Positions 48,415 through 58,040 of a stretch of DNA of 64,000 bases are shown piece after piece. The DNA is from Leptonemataceae bacterium (lineage in GTDB: Bacteria > Spirochaetota > Leptospiria > Leptospirales > Leptonemataceae). Where the stretch lies: positions 544,001 through 608,000 of the forward strand of contig OZ245742.1 in assembly GCA_965227295.1 (NCBI GenBank), given 5' to 3'. Both the position numbers and the translations under genes were made by a program. How positions within the stretch are numbered: the first letter of the stretch is position 1; the number at the start of each line of letters is the position of its first letter. A model generated the notes under the pieces. That model made no database searches, was not told the DNA's origin, and saw nothing but the letters and a program-made list of their open reading frames with translations.

Positions 48415-50007
48415 TTACGCGGTTGCGAGTTGCTCCACTTTCGTGAGCAGGGGTTTCATTTTTTCAATCACGCGTTGCTTCAGCTCCGGGTCCGCAATCT
48501 GGAGCAGCGGAATCTTGAGCGTGTTCATCATGTGGTCGGCCTTCCACTCGTCGTTAAAGAGCAGCCGGACCTGGGGCCAGATCTTCTTCATGGCGCCGAC
48601 GAGGGCCGGATCGCCCTGCTTGATGCTTCCGGTGAACTCGTTGAGCAGGCGCTGCAAACGTTCGAAGCGCTTCAGGCGGTCGTGCAGTTCGCGGATTTGA
48701 CTCCGGTCCACATCCAGGTGGGCGGCGATGTTGTAGTACTCGTCGTCGTAGTTCAGATCGGCGCCGCGTTTGGCTTTCGTGTCGAGATTTCGCAGGCCGA
48801 CCACGGCCTTGCCGCTCAGACCGGCGTCACCGCTCAACCAACCGCGATAACCGTCGCTGTCGCCGGTCGACTGGAACTGCTGAATGCGCTTTACGGTTTC
48901 GATGTACTGCTGGAACGTCAGCGGAATGGGCGGGAGGTCTTCGGGTTCCGGTTCGGGTTCGACCTGTGCGGTGGCCGACCCCGGCTGAATCGAAGAGACC
49001 AATCGTTCTTCGTTGCCCCCGCCCACCATGCCGTCGCCCGCGCGCAGTTTCCCCGGAGGGAGTTTCAAACCATCGCCGAACTTCTCAAGGATTTCGGCGA
49101 TCATCGACTGCTCGTCCTCGGGAGCGTCCGGAAATCCCCCCCCGCTACTCGCGGGAGCACTGCTCCCCGTGCCGGAAGAACCTGACGCGCCGGCTGCCGG
49201 GGCCGCGCCTGCCGGGGCCGCGCCTGCCGAGGACGCTCCGTCCGCGGTTGCCGCGCCCTGGTTTTTCGGAAAGGGCGGCACTTCGAGACGCCCGGGAACA
49301 TTCAGACCCTCACCGAACTTTTCCAGGATCTCGCTGATGATCGAAGTCTCGGCACCGCCGAGCATACTGCCAGGACTCGCGGCCGCCGCCGGGGTCGAAC
49401 CCGCGGAGCCTCCGCCGGAACTCTCGCCGCCGGACGATTTCCCGGTAACGGTAGCCCCGCCACCTCCGGCCGGGGCACCGCCGGAATCCGCCGGCATCCC
49501 GGCCGACTCGCGCAGGGAAGTGCTGAGCACGTCCTGCCCCCCGTTCAGCGAGACGAGCTTCATGAGGCCCATGTCGTGGACGGCAAACCGGGCCGGCTGT
49601 TCCATGAACACGCCCAAATCACGCTCGATTTCTTTCAGGATGGAGGATGCCACCGCGGCATCGCTGACCTTGCCGCCTCCGCCGCCGCTCTGCCGGGCTT
49701 TGGCCGCCCCGACCAGTTCGGCCTCCTGCTTTGCCCGCATGGACTTTTTGACCGCATTCAGGGCCGGCAGCAGATTGCTGCCGATAAAAGCCGAGAGCTG
49801 CTCCGGGCGCACGCCGAGGCCGCGCGAGAAGGTTGGAATGTGATCGAGGAATTCGTCCGGATCCTTGATTCGGGTGGTGACGTAGTTCTTGAGTTTCGCG
49901 AGCAACGCCCGGGCCTGCTCCGGCGGGGCGTTTTTCTTTTTGAGGACGGCCTGAAAGATCTGGAGATAGGCGCGCTGATGGGCCTCGAGTTCGTCCAGAT
50001 CCTCCAC
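48415..50007 (-). CDS. Hypothetical protein with low-complexity linkers and a duplicated motif
   Basis: 530 aa with a GTG start and host-like codon usage. Helical N- and C-terminal domains flank a G/A/S/P-rich middle. Confidence 0.75.
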   Translation of the reverse strand: MEDLDELEAHQRAYLQIFQAVLKKKNAPPEQARALLAKLKNYVTTRIKDPDEFLDHIPTFSRGLGVRPEQLSAFIGSNLLPALNAVKKSMRAKQEAELVGAAKARQSGGGGGKVSDAAVASSILKEIERDLGVFMEQPARFAVHDMGLMKLVSLNGGQDVLSTSLRESAGMPADSGGAPAGGGGATVTGKSSGGESSGGGSAGSTPAAAASPGSMLGGAETSIISEILEKFGEGLNVPGRLEVPPFPKNQGAATADGASSAGAAPAGAAPAAGASGSSGTGSSAPASSGGGFPDAPEDEQSMIAEILEKFGDGLKLPPGKLRAGDGMVGGGNEERLVSSIQPGSATAQVEPEPEPEDLPPIPLTFQQYIETVKRIQQFQSTGDSDGYRGWLSGDAGLSGKAVVGLRNLDTKAKRGADLNYDDEYYNIAAHLDVDRSQIRELHDRLKRFERLQRLLNEFTGSIKQGDPALVGAMKKIWPQVRLLFNDEWKADHMMNTLKIPLLQIADPELKQRVIEKMKPLLTKVEQLATA

Positions 50008-50088
50008 GACTTACGGATTGCCCGCCGGAGCAAACCGGTCAAGCATTTCAGCGGAGGACGGAGCAGCCGGGGCCGCGTCCGTCTGTCG

Positions 50089-50418
50089 TCAGTCTTCGCT
50101 CTCGCCGGCCGTAAGCCGGGCGGGAGCCGTGGGCAGGACGCCGCCGCGTACTGCTTCTTCTTCCACAATGCGGTAGCGCAGATACGTATTGCAAGTCGCT
50201 TCCTGGGTGTAACGCACCAGGTCGAAGTCCACCCGCGGAGAAATGAAAAAGTTCGAATTCCCGAGCCGGTCACGAATCTCTTTTTTAATGTGCGCCCGTG
50301 CTTCCGAGCGACGGTGATACAAAGTGGGTACCAACATATCGTTGCGGTATACGAGTTTTTTATCTTTGTAAACGGCTACGGTCAATTTAATCCGAAATCG
50401 TGTGCTCTGAGACGCCAT
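50089..50418 (-). CDS. Hypothetical protein
   Basis: ATG at 50418 preceded by GGGGAG; protein-like composition (MASQSTRFRIKLTVAVY...). Confidence 0.7.
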   Translation of the reverse strand: MASQSTRFRIKLTVAVYKDKKLVYRNDMLVPTLYHRRSEARAHIKKEIRDRLGNSNFFISPRVDFDLVRYTQEATCNTYLRYRIVEEEAVRGGVLPTAPARLTAGESED

Positions 50419-50548
50419 GCTACTCCCCGTGTGGTTCAAAGCAAATATCGTCTCCGGGGTGGGCGGAATTAAAATGGCGGCGGTACTTTCCAGGACACGG
50501 GAGGCTTTTTTAACTCACGAACGCGACAGGCCGCTGTTTATGTCGCCT

Positions 50549-51208
50549 TCATTGTTCGCGATTTTTCAGGGTTTTTAGCGCGATTTCCTGTAAAGTTTTT
50601 CCCATGCTTGCGTGGTTATCGCGCCACTGCAATGAGCCATTCCGGCCGACGATGTTCGTCAGCGCGAAGAACGCGGTGAACGGAAGTTTGTGATGCACGC
50701 AAACCGCGGCCAGGCCGTAGGCTTCGAGATTTTCAAAGTCCGGGCGTGTAATCAAGTCACCCGCTAAGTTTAACTCGTACAGAGTTACCGAGTCGGTGGA
50801 ATTCGCCACCCCGGTATGGAAGTTCACATCGGCCGAACGCAGGCTGCGAGCAATCCCCCCGGCCTCCACGGCAAGCGAGCGCGAGAGAGGGCCCACGGCC
50901 CGCCCGCGCCCCTCCAGGACGGCGGCGTCGTACTTCGTGAAGACGGTGCTCGCACCAAAGTGGCCGGGGCCGTACGCCGCGTCCTGATCGTAAACGCCGG
51001 CGCTGCCCAGGAATACGACCTCGGAAATCGGCGGAAGTTCCGGCAGGGATCGTTCCAGTTGCAAAGCGGCCGTAAGACTGCCGATGCCGGCTTCGAGGAT
51101 GCTCACCCCGTCCAGATCCCGGGGAATGACATCGATCTCCGGCGCGAAGGCTCCCGTAATCAGGACGTGCGCTTTTTGGTTGTCATCCGTCATGCATTCA
51201 CCCGGCAT
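50549..51208 (-). CDS. Nucleoside phosphorylase-fold protein (PNP/MTAN/futalosine hydrolase-like)
   Basis: 'LITGAFAPE', 'AGIG', 'VVFLGSAGVY', 'ENLEAYGLAAVC', 'LTNIVG'. Confidence 0.8.
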   Translation of the reverse strand: MPGECMTDDNQKAHVLITGAFAPEIDVIPRDLDGVSILEAGIGSLTAALQLERSLPELPPISEVVFLGSAGVYDQDAAYGPGHFGASTVFTKYDAAVLEGRGRAVGPLSRSLAVEAGGIARSLRSADVNFHTGVANSTDSVTLYELNLAGDLITRPDFENLEAYGLAAVCVHHKLPFTAFFALTNIVGRNGSLQWRDNHASMGKTLQEIALKTLKNREQ

Positions 51209-51213
51209 GCATT

Positions 51214-51591
51214 ATGCAATCGGTGCTGCAACTGTCGTCCGTTTTTCGTTTCACCCTCATGTCACTGGTGCTCTTGCTTGCGGCGGGCGCCTGTTCCTCC
51301 AAACCCGACACGGCTCTCTGCGGCCGGTACTACCGGCAAATCCTCCATCTCCAGGCGGAAGGCCTCTCCGGCGTGCTGGCGGGGCTCAAGACGTCTCAGG
51401 GTAAGTCGGCGGTGATCGATCATTGTCTGCAACTGGAGCGAGCCGAGGTGGAATGCGTACTCCAGGCGAACTCGCTGAGCGCGGCCGAAAGCTGCGAGTA
51501 CGGCGCACCCGCCGGGCCGGCGGATGCGGCGCCGCTGAGCGGTGACCTGGATTTACCGGCACCGCCGGACGATCTACCGGCCGAGCCGTGA
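51214..51591 (+). CDS. Small Cys-rich lipoprotein
   Basis: Lipobox 'LLAAGAC' followed by four more Cys in a small helical domain. Start may be 51259. Confidence 0.7.
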   Translation: MQSVLQLSSVFRFTLMSLVLLLAAGACSSKPDTALCGRYYRQILHLQAEGLSGVLAGLKTSQGKSAVIDHCLQLERAEVECVLQANSLSAAESCEYGAPAGPADAAPLSGDLDLPAPPDDLPAEP

Positions 51592-51635
51592 TCAAAGGGG
51601 CGCCCAAAGAAGCATTAACTTTGCTTCACTGACAC

Positions 51636-52742
51636 TCAGTCTTCGGACGTGTTTGTTTTCACGACGTTCTCGACAAACTGCACCTGGCGAGCAAAGATCT
51701 CCGGCACACAGGTTTCACTGAAGTGCACCGGATCGATGTACTGGCTACACTGAACGACACCGGCTTCGCCCAGGTCGACGAAGTGCCCGCCGCGCGCTTC
51801 GATCTTACGAACCAGGCGATTCCAGAGTTTCGGCTCAAGCTTGCGGTTTACGGCGGCGCGCCAGAGCGGGTGGGCCGGCGGTTGCCAGAAGACGATCGGG
51901 ATGCCCTCGGCCTTCGCACGATCGATCATGAGATAGACGTAGCGTTCCAGGGAAGGATCGATGCGGTAGCGTTGAAATAGCAGGTTCTCCATGGTGTCGG
52001 CCATGTACTTGTGGCGCATCTGAATGGGGAGCGGCTCTTCGCCCGCGGGAATGCCCGCCTTGAGCGGGGCGTTTTCCGGTCGCACGATGGCAGCGTCGAC
52101 GACCTGGCGAAACAGAAATTCGAAGGGCTGCACCTGGTTTTGCGCTTCGCCGATGCGATAGCGCGAGAGTTCAAAGACGCGGCTGCCGATGATCGTCTTT
52201 ACGTGATCGTACGGCATCTCGTGCATGTAGTTCAACGTAAACGCAAGCGGCACGCCGAACTTCAGCTCCGTAACAAACCAGGTGGTATTGCGCGTTAACG
52301 CCACCGGCGAAATCTCCACGAACACCGCCTCGGGACGCGCACCGTGATCGAGCCATTGATTGAAACGCACGTACGAGAACAGCATGGAGCTCCCCGGCGC
52401 GGCCGAGTTCAGGACTTCCCAGCGCTTCGTTTGTTCCTTCTCGGCAGGCGTAAGATAAGGATCGTTGTCGATGTGCGCGATGGACGGCGCCGTAAAGTAT
52501 CCGAGGCTCCGCGAAGAACCGAAGTTCATGGCCAGGCGCCGGCCGTCCTTGCGCGCCTGTTCGATCATGGCGTCCTGGCGAAAATCGTACTCGATGGCGG
52601 TGCGAAAGCTTTCGCTGGAACCGCTGCGCGTGCAACACTGACGAAACGCGGGAATATAGGCGACCTTATCGACGGCGAAGAGCAGGAGAAAGAGGAATAC
52701 CGGCAGGTAAACGCGGACGTTGCGGGGTTTAATGTCGCTCAT
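51636..52742 (-). CDS. Membrane-anchored SGNH/DltD-like partner of MBOAT (DUF1574-like)
   Basis: N-terminal TM, 'FGSSRS' (GSS), 'N.AAPG' and C-terminal 'DPVH' (DxxH). Directly downstream of the MBOAT gene. Confidence 0.75.
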   Translation of the reverse strand: MSDIKPRNVRVYLPVFLFLLLFAVDKVAYIPAFRQCCTRSGSSESFRTAIEYDFRQDAMIEQARKDGRRLAMNFGSSRSLGYFTAPSIAHIDNDPYLTPAEKEQTKRWEVLNSAAPGSSMLFSYVRFNQWLDHGARPEAVFVEISPVALTRNTTWFVTELKFGVPLAFTLNYMHEMPYDHVKTIIGSRVFELSRYRIGEAQNQVQPFEFLFRQVVDAAIVRPENAPLKAGIPAGEEPLPIQMRHKYMADTMENLLFQRYRIDPSLERYVYLMIDRAKAEGIPIVFWQPPAHPLWRAAVNRKLEPKLWNRLVRKIEARGGHFVDLGEAGVVQCSQYIDPVHFSETCVPEIFARQVQFVENVVKTNTSED

Positions 52743-52754
52743 AAAGAACCTTTT

Positions 52755-52840
52755 GCCACAGAGGCACAGAGAACACAGAGCTTGAAGTCTGTCTGTATCT
52801 GTATGCGCATCTCTTCTCCATGTCCTCTGTAGTCTGTGGC
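52755..52840. repeat. Short imperfect inverted-repeat element (CACAGAG type)
   Basis: GCCACAGAGGCACAGAGAACACAGAG ... CTCCATGTCCTCTGTAGTCTGTGGC arms are imperfect reverse complements. Confidence 0.7.
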
Positions 52841-52848
52841 CAGGAGTT

Positions 52849-54342
52849 TTAGAACTGAAAGTATACGAACGGAATGTCCCCGCCGCCCTTCCAACTGCTG
52901 TACAGGAACAACAACAACGCGGCCGCGGGCAACCAGTACATCGCGTAGCGGTAGATCGGCTTGACGAAGGCCGCGGGCTCGTATTTGCCCTCGGGCGTTT
53001 TCTTCGGAAAGTAGTCGTTGTACTCGAGCAAGTGCAGCCCCAGGTACGTCAGCCACACCAGGCCGTGGCGGGCGGTGACCGCGAAGTGCTCGCTCCCGCC
53101 GCCGCCGAGCATCGCCTTGATCATGTTCACACCGAGCTCAAGATCCAGGCCGGCCGGAAAAAAGACGCCGATCAAACTCATGAGCGCGATCATCGTCACG
53201 TTTTTAAATACGTTGTAGGCCGTGCGCAAATAGAACGTTTGATCGTCCTCGCCTTCCCGGCGACCCCAGCTCGGGCGCTGCTTCGGAATGCCGCTCTTGT
53301 ACCAGAAACGCTCGAAGGCCAGGTAGGCCCCGTGAAAGCCGCCCCAGATCGCGAAGCCCCAACCGGCGCCGTGCCAGATGCCGCCCAATAGAAACGTTAA
53401 GAACAAGTTGAAGTACGTGCGGACCTCGCCGAAACGATTGCCGCCGAGTCCGATGTATACGTAGTCGCGGAGCCAGGCCGTGAGACTGATGTGCCAGCGC
53501 TGCCAGAATTCCTGGAACGACAGGGCGAACATGGGCCCGCGAAAGTTGATGGGCAGATTGTAACCGAGCAGCAGGGCCGAGCCGCGGGCGAAGTCCGTGT
53601 AGCCGGAGAAGTCGCAGTAAATGTAAATGAAAATGAAATAGACGGCGAGCCACATGTAGACCGCCGAGTAGCTCAGCGGGTCCGACAGCACCGGCACCGT
53701 AGTCTCGATGAGAAAATCCGCGATGACGACTTTCTTGATCACGCCCGAAGCGATCAAACCCAGGCCGCGCACGCTGTCCACGCGCTCCGGATCTTTTACG
53801 CGATCGAACTTCGGCAGCAGTTGATCGTGCCGGCAAATGGGACCGGCAATCAACTGCGGGAAGAACATGATGAACAACGTGAAGTTCAGAAACGAAGGCT
53901 CTTCCGGAATCGTCTCGCGGTAGGCGTCGATATGCATGGCCAGGATCTGAAACGTATAGAACGAAATGGCCAGGGGCAGGATGATGTCCGGAAACCAGTC
54001 GGCATCGCGTTGGGCCACCGCGATCCAGGCCGGGTCCTGGTAAAAGTAGGTTACCGTATCGAGGAGAAAGTAGAAGTACTTAAAGAACGCCAGGTTCAGC
54101 AGGTTCAGTACAACGGCCGCAACCAACGCCAGGTGTGAACGGCGGCGGTAGATCCACAAAAACAGCGGATAGTTGACGGCCAGAACGACGACGAAGTGGA
54201 TCAGGAAAAGGTACGACCACGACAGGTAAAAGATGATCGACCCGCCGAGCAGCACGAGCTTGCGGGCGCCGTGATTGACACTCCAGTATACGATCAGGAC
54301 CGCGAGAAAGAATAAGAGGTATTCGATGCTGTTAAAGAGCAT
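52849..54342 (-). CDS. MBOAT family O-acyltransferase (AlgI/DltB-like)
   Basis: 'MLFNS', 'LPLAISFYTFQ', 'FFPQLIAGPI', 'DFSGYTD', 'FWQRWHISL', 'GIWHGA', 'PFVYFQF'. Confidence 0.95.
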   Translation of the reverse strand: MLFNSIEYLLFFLAVLIVYWSVNHGARKLVLLGGSIIFYLSWSYLFLIHFVVVLAVNYPLFLWIYRRRSHLALVAAVVLNLLNLAFFKYFYFLLDTVTYFYQDPAWIAVAQRDADWFPDIILPLAISFYTFQILAMHIDAYRETIPEEPSFLNFTLFIMFFPQLIAGPICRHDQLLPKFDRVKDPERVDSVRGLGLIASGVIKKVVIADFLIETTVPVLSDPLSYSAVYMWLAVYFIFIYIYCDFSGYTDFARGSALLLGYNLPINFRGPMFALSFQEFWQRWHISLTAWLRDYVYIGLGGNRFGEVRTYFNLFLTFLLGGIWHGAGWGFAIWGGFHGAYLAFERFWYKSGIPKQRPSWGRREGEDDQTFYLRTAYNVFKNVTMIALMSLIGVFFPAGLDLELGVNMIKAMLGGGGSEHFAVTARHGLVWLTYLGLHLLEYNDYFPKKTPEGKYEPAAFVKPIYRYAMYWLPAAALLLFLYSSWKGGGDIPFVYFQF

Positions 54343-54366
54343 GTAAGTTTAAGTTAGCGGATGAAC

Positions 54367-55179
54367 TCAGAACGCCGTGAGCGAAGCCCGAATGAAACTC
54401 GTGACCGGCGCCTGCTCCCGGGTATCCTCCAGGCTTTCCCGGAGTTCGGTGACCACCGTCTGCGCGTCCGTCACGAGGGTATTGGCATTGCGATGCAGTT
54501 CGTCGTCGTTTACCAGCAGGCCCAGGGTTCCTTTGCCTTCGTTGATTTTCCGGGTAATGTCCCGCACGTTCTCAATGGTTTCGCGCACGTTGCCGCGGTT
54601 CTCGCTGATGAGTTCGGCGATGCCGGCTACCGGGTCACCCGAGGCCTCACCCTGCAACTCCACGAACTCCAGGCCGTCGCGGTTTTCGATGTAATAATCC
54701 AGAGCGGTCTGCCCGCGCGAAGAAAGCTCGCCCGCGCTCACGGCGAGTACGCGGATTTCCTGGATGCTGTCCTCGGAACCGTCCGGCCGTGCGGACCCCG
54801 GGTCCACCGAGATGACTTTCCCGGACAGCAACGACTCGTTCTTGATGGCGACGATGTAGTTCTGATAAAAGACGACTTCTTCGCGCAGTTCGATGGTAAC
54901 GGCGACACGTTGACTGACGCGCTGCGGATCGTCGTCGGCGACGACATTGTTCGCGGCGTCGACGGAAACCAGGTCCACGGCCTCGACGAGTCCCGACGGT
55001 ACGCCGAGGACCGTAACGCGACTGCCCTCTTTGATGCCCTCGGCGTTGTCGAAGAAGAGCAAGAGCTGTTTGCCGCGCTCGGCAAACGGGCCGCTCTGGG
55101 AGACGATCGTAAAGAAACCGACCATGAAGAGCGCGCCGAAGAAAAGCAGGCCCACCAGCATGTTCTGTAGCCACGTCAT
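54367..55179 (-). CDS. MCE/MlaD family protein
   Basis: TM anchor, 'FDNAEGIKEGSRVTVLGVPSGLV', 'SLLSGKVISVDPG' and a helical tail. Confidence 0.9.
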   Translation of the reverse strand: MTWLQNMLVGLLFFGALFMVGFFTIVSQSGPFAERGKQLLLFFDNAEGIKEGSRVTVLGVPSGLVEAVDLVSVDAANNVVADDDPQRVSQRVAVTIELREEVVFYQNYIVAIKNESLLSGKVISVDPGSARPDGSEDSIQEIRVLAVSAGELSSRGQTALDYYIENRDGLEFVELQGEASGDPVAGIAELISENRGNVRETIENVRDITRKINEGKGTLGLLVNDDELHRNANTLVTDAQTVVTELRESLEDTREQAPVTSFIRASLTAF

Positions 55180-55267
55180 GGTGTCGGTAGGATCAGCACG
55201 GCGGGAATCAGGGTCAATCCGATTTTCTCAGGCAGCGACGTTTCCGGCACTACAAGCGCCGCGGTCC

Positions 55268-56077
55268 TTACTCCACGGTCTCCGCTTTATTCTTTTTCTT
55301 TTGCGTAGGATCGTCCGCGTCGAGGACCATGGGTCCCGTCGACCGGCCATTGATGAACTGCTGGACGATCTCGTTGTCGGTCTCACGAATTTCGGCGGGC
55401 GTGCCGACGAACTCCACGCGACCTTGATAGAGAAACGTAATGCGATCCGCGATGTAGTACGCGGAGTTCATGTCGTGCGTGACGACGACCTGGGTGACGC
55501 CGAGTTCACGTTGCATGCGACGCACGAGTTCATTGATGACCTGAGACATCACCGGATCCAGGCCGGAGGTCGGTTCATCGTAGAGTAAGATCTCCGGATT
55601 CGTAGTTAAGGCCCGCGCCAGGCCCACGCGTTTCTTCATGCCGCCCGAGATGGAACCGGGCAGCAGGTCCCGCGCCGGCATGAGGCCGAGCCAGCGCAGT
55701 TTCTCCGAAACAATGCGATCGATCTCGCGTTCGTTCATGCGCCGCACTTCGCGCAGCGGCAGCGCCACGTTTTCGAAGACACTCAACCAGTTGATGAGGG
55801 CCCCGCTCTGAAACAACACACCCATGCGCGCCCGCAGTTTCGCCTTGCGTTGTTCCGGCGCGTGAGACATCTCTTCGCCGTCGATGAGCACCTCGCCCTC
55901 GTCCGGGTCCAACAGACCGATGACGTGCCGGATACTCACGGACTTGCCGGTACCGGAGCCGCCCAGGATGACCATGGTTTCCCCGCGACGGACACTGATA
56001 TCGACGCCCTTGAGAATCTTGCGTGCACCGAACGACTTCTTCAGGCCGTGCATTTCGATGATGTTGTCAGGATGCAT
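55268..56077 (-). CDS. mlaF: MlaF/Mkl-like ABC transporter ATPase
   Basis: 'GGSGTGKS', 'FQSGAL', 'ISGGMKKRVGLARAL', 'LYDEPTSGLDP', 'VVTHD'. Confidence 0.93.
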   Translation of the reverse strand: MHPDNIIEMHGLKKSFGARKILKGVDISVRRGETMVILGGSGTGKSVSIRHVIGLLDPDEGEVLIDGEEMSHAPEQRKAKLRARMGVLFQSGALINWLSVFENVALPLREVRRMNEREIDRIVSEKLRWLGLMPARDLLPGSISGGMKKRVGLARALTTNPEILLYDEPTSGLDPVMSQVINELVRRMQRELGVTQVVVTHDMNSAYYIADRITFLYQGRVEFVGTPAEIRETDNEIVQQFINGRSTGPMVLDADDPTQKKKNKAETVE

Positions 56078-56095
56078 ACGCTGTTCGTATCGCCC

Positions 56096-56977
56096 TCAGA
56101 TCAACAGGCCGGAGAAGGCGAGCACGCTGTTGAGAAAGTCGATGGCCGCCCGGCTTTCCCGCGTGTCTTCGACGCCCTCGCGCAGTTCCTGGGTGAGTAC
56201 GATCACCTCGCGCAGAAAACCGTTGCTGCCGTCCATCAACTGCGCCTGGTTCACCAGAAGGGCGATGTTCTGATTGCCTCTGTTCAGCTTGTCGGTAATG
56301 TCGCGTAAGTTGCCGGTGATTTGCCGCAGGGGTCGCCGGTTCTCCACAATCACACTGGCGATCAGGTAGAGCGGGTCGTCGTAATTGCTCGCGCGCAGAA
56401 GTTTGCGACCGTCCTCCGGAAACTCACCGGTGCGATGGTAGCGTTCCAGTTCCGCCGTGGTAAATGTAAGATGATTCAAAGTTTGCAGCGGCGTGCCTTC
56501 CGGGCCGTGCTCCGGCCGGCGTTGTTTGCCGTACGGGAACTCGCGGTAGGCGCCGCCCGGGCCGACCTCCACGACCTTCTCGGACAGGATCGTCTGGTAG
56601 CGGGTGACGACCTCGTAGTTCGGGTAGAACGGCAGGTTCCGACGCATGTGCAGAATGGCGATGACCGTTTGCCCATGGGAACCGCCCTCGGACTTGCGAG
56701 CTTCGGCCCAGGACCGCGGCCGATCGAACTCGTCCACCGTGACGTAGTAGAGATTGCCGACGGTACCGACTTCCACACCGTGGACGAAGACCGGCACGCC
56801 GGTGCGAAGACCTTCGGCACTCGCCAGGCGTACGGGGATGTGCACGACCTCCGCTCGCCAGTCGATCTTACCGAGGAAGATCGTGAAGAACAACAGGAAC
56901 CCGAGGCCGCTGAAGAACGCGCCGCCCACGACGGTTTCGCCGTGTTGTTCCCATGTGCGCTTGAGGTACGTCCACAT
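56096..56977 (-). CDS. Second MCE/MlaD family protein
   Basis: Likely start MWTYLK; TM helix, 'SAEGLRTGVPVFVHGVEVGTV', 'ILSEKVVEVGPG'. Confidence 0.85.
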   Translation of the reverse strand: MWTYLKRTWEQHGETVVGGAFFSGLGFLLFFTIFLGKIDWRAEVVHIPVRLASAEGLRTGVPVFVHGVEVGTVGNLYYVTVDEFDRPRSWAEARKSEGGSHGQTVIAILHMRRNLPFYPNYEVVTRYQTILSEKVVEVGPGGAYREFPYGKQRRPEHGPEGTPLQTLNHLTFTTAELERYHRTGEFPEDGRKLLRASNYDDPLYLIASVIVENRRPLRQITGNLRDITDKLNRGNQNIALLVNQAQLMDGSNGFLREVIVLTQELREGVEDTRESRAAIDFLNSVLAFSGLLI

Positions 56978-56987
56978 GACTTTTTTT

Positions 56988-57125
56988 ACTCCGAGGACCG
57001 AGGGATCGAGGTGCCAGGGGAGGATTGGCCTCGCGTGCACGCGAGCAGGCCAGGAAGGCGACAGTCGCAGGCTGTTTCTTTGTTTCTTCTCAAATTCTTC
57101 GCCTCGGTGTCTCGGTCCTCGGAGT
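56988..57125. repeat. 138-bp element bounded by 24-bp imperfect inverted repeats (MITE/REP-like)
   Basis: Left arm ACTCCGAGGACCGAGGGATCGAGG; right arm reverse complement ACTCCGAGGACCGAGACACCGAGG. The first 15 nt are identical. Confidence 0.75.
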
Positions 57126-57133
57126 TCACTTCT

Positions 57134-57916
57134 TCACCGATAAAACAACGTCGTGATCATATACCCCAGCACCAGCACGAACAAAAACGAATGCACCACG
57201 GACTTGCGCACGGCGATGCCCACCCCGATGGCGCCGCCGCGAGCGGCCAGGCCCTGGTAACAGGAAATCGTCGAAATGCAGATGCCGAAGACCAGCGCTT
57301 TGAACTCGCCGACCCAGATGTCTTTCAGCCCGGACTCCGTCTTCAGAACTTCTAACACCAGATTCGTATAAGTTACGAACTCCACATTCAATTGCGTGAA
57401 GGCCACCAGGCCGCCGCCCAATACACCGACCAGAGTCGCGTAGGCCGAAAGCACGGGCACCATGATAGTAAAACCCATGATGCGCGGGAGGATCAAGTAC
57501 TTCACGGGATCGATGGACATGACCTCGAGGGCGTCGATCTCCTCGGAGACGGTCATAGTCCCGATCTCCGCGGCCATGGCCGAGCCCACCGCCGCCGCGA
57601 GGATCAGGGCCGTCATGAACGGGCTGAACTCCCGGGTCAACGTAACGACGATCACCTGGCCGATGAGATCCTGCTGGCCGAAGTCGCGCAGGGCCAGGCC
57701 GGTTTGTAAGGAGATGATCATCCCCGAAAACGAGGCCACGATGCTGACGACGAACAAGGACTTCACACCGGCGACGTACATCTGTCGCATGGTCTCGCCG
57801 CGTTTGAACCAGAGATGCGGCAGCGCGATGAGTGTGCGGGCCAGCAAGATCAGGGCGGCGCCGGCGCCCCGGATGGAGTCCAGCAGAGTCTGGAGCTGTG
57901 GGATCGAAAGGTTCAT
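57134..57916 (-). CDS. mlaE: MlaE-like ABC permease
   Basis: 'REFSPFMTA', 'GSAMAAEIGTM', 'EEIDALEVM', 'GGAIGVG'. Confidence 0.93.
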   Translation of the reverse strand: MNLSIPQLQTLLDSIRGAGAALILLARTLIALPHLWFKRGETMRQMYVAGVKSLFVVSIVASFSGMIISLQTGLALRDFGQQDLIGQVIVVTLTREFSPFMTALILAAAVGSAMAAEIGTMTVSEEIDALEVMSIDPVKYLILPRIMGFTIMVPVLSAYATLVGVLGGGLVAFTQLNVEFVTYTNLVLEVLKTESGLKDIWVGEFKALVFGICISTISCYQGLAARGGAIGVGIAVRKSVVHSFLFVLVLGYMITTLFYR

Positions 57917-58040
57917 GCGCGGGCGGAAGGCGTAACCATATGCTTACGCCACGACAGCAAACGGTCGGGCGGGCTCACCGTCAAGCGGGCCGCAAATCCG
58001 GTTGCGAAGACGGGCCGCTCCCGCACGGTGCGTAGTGCGG

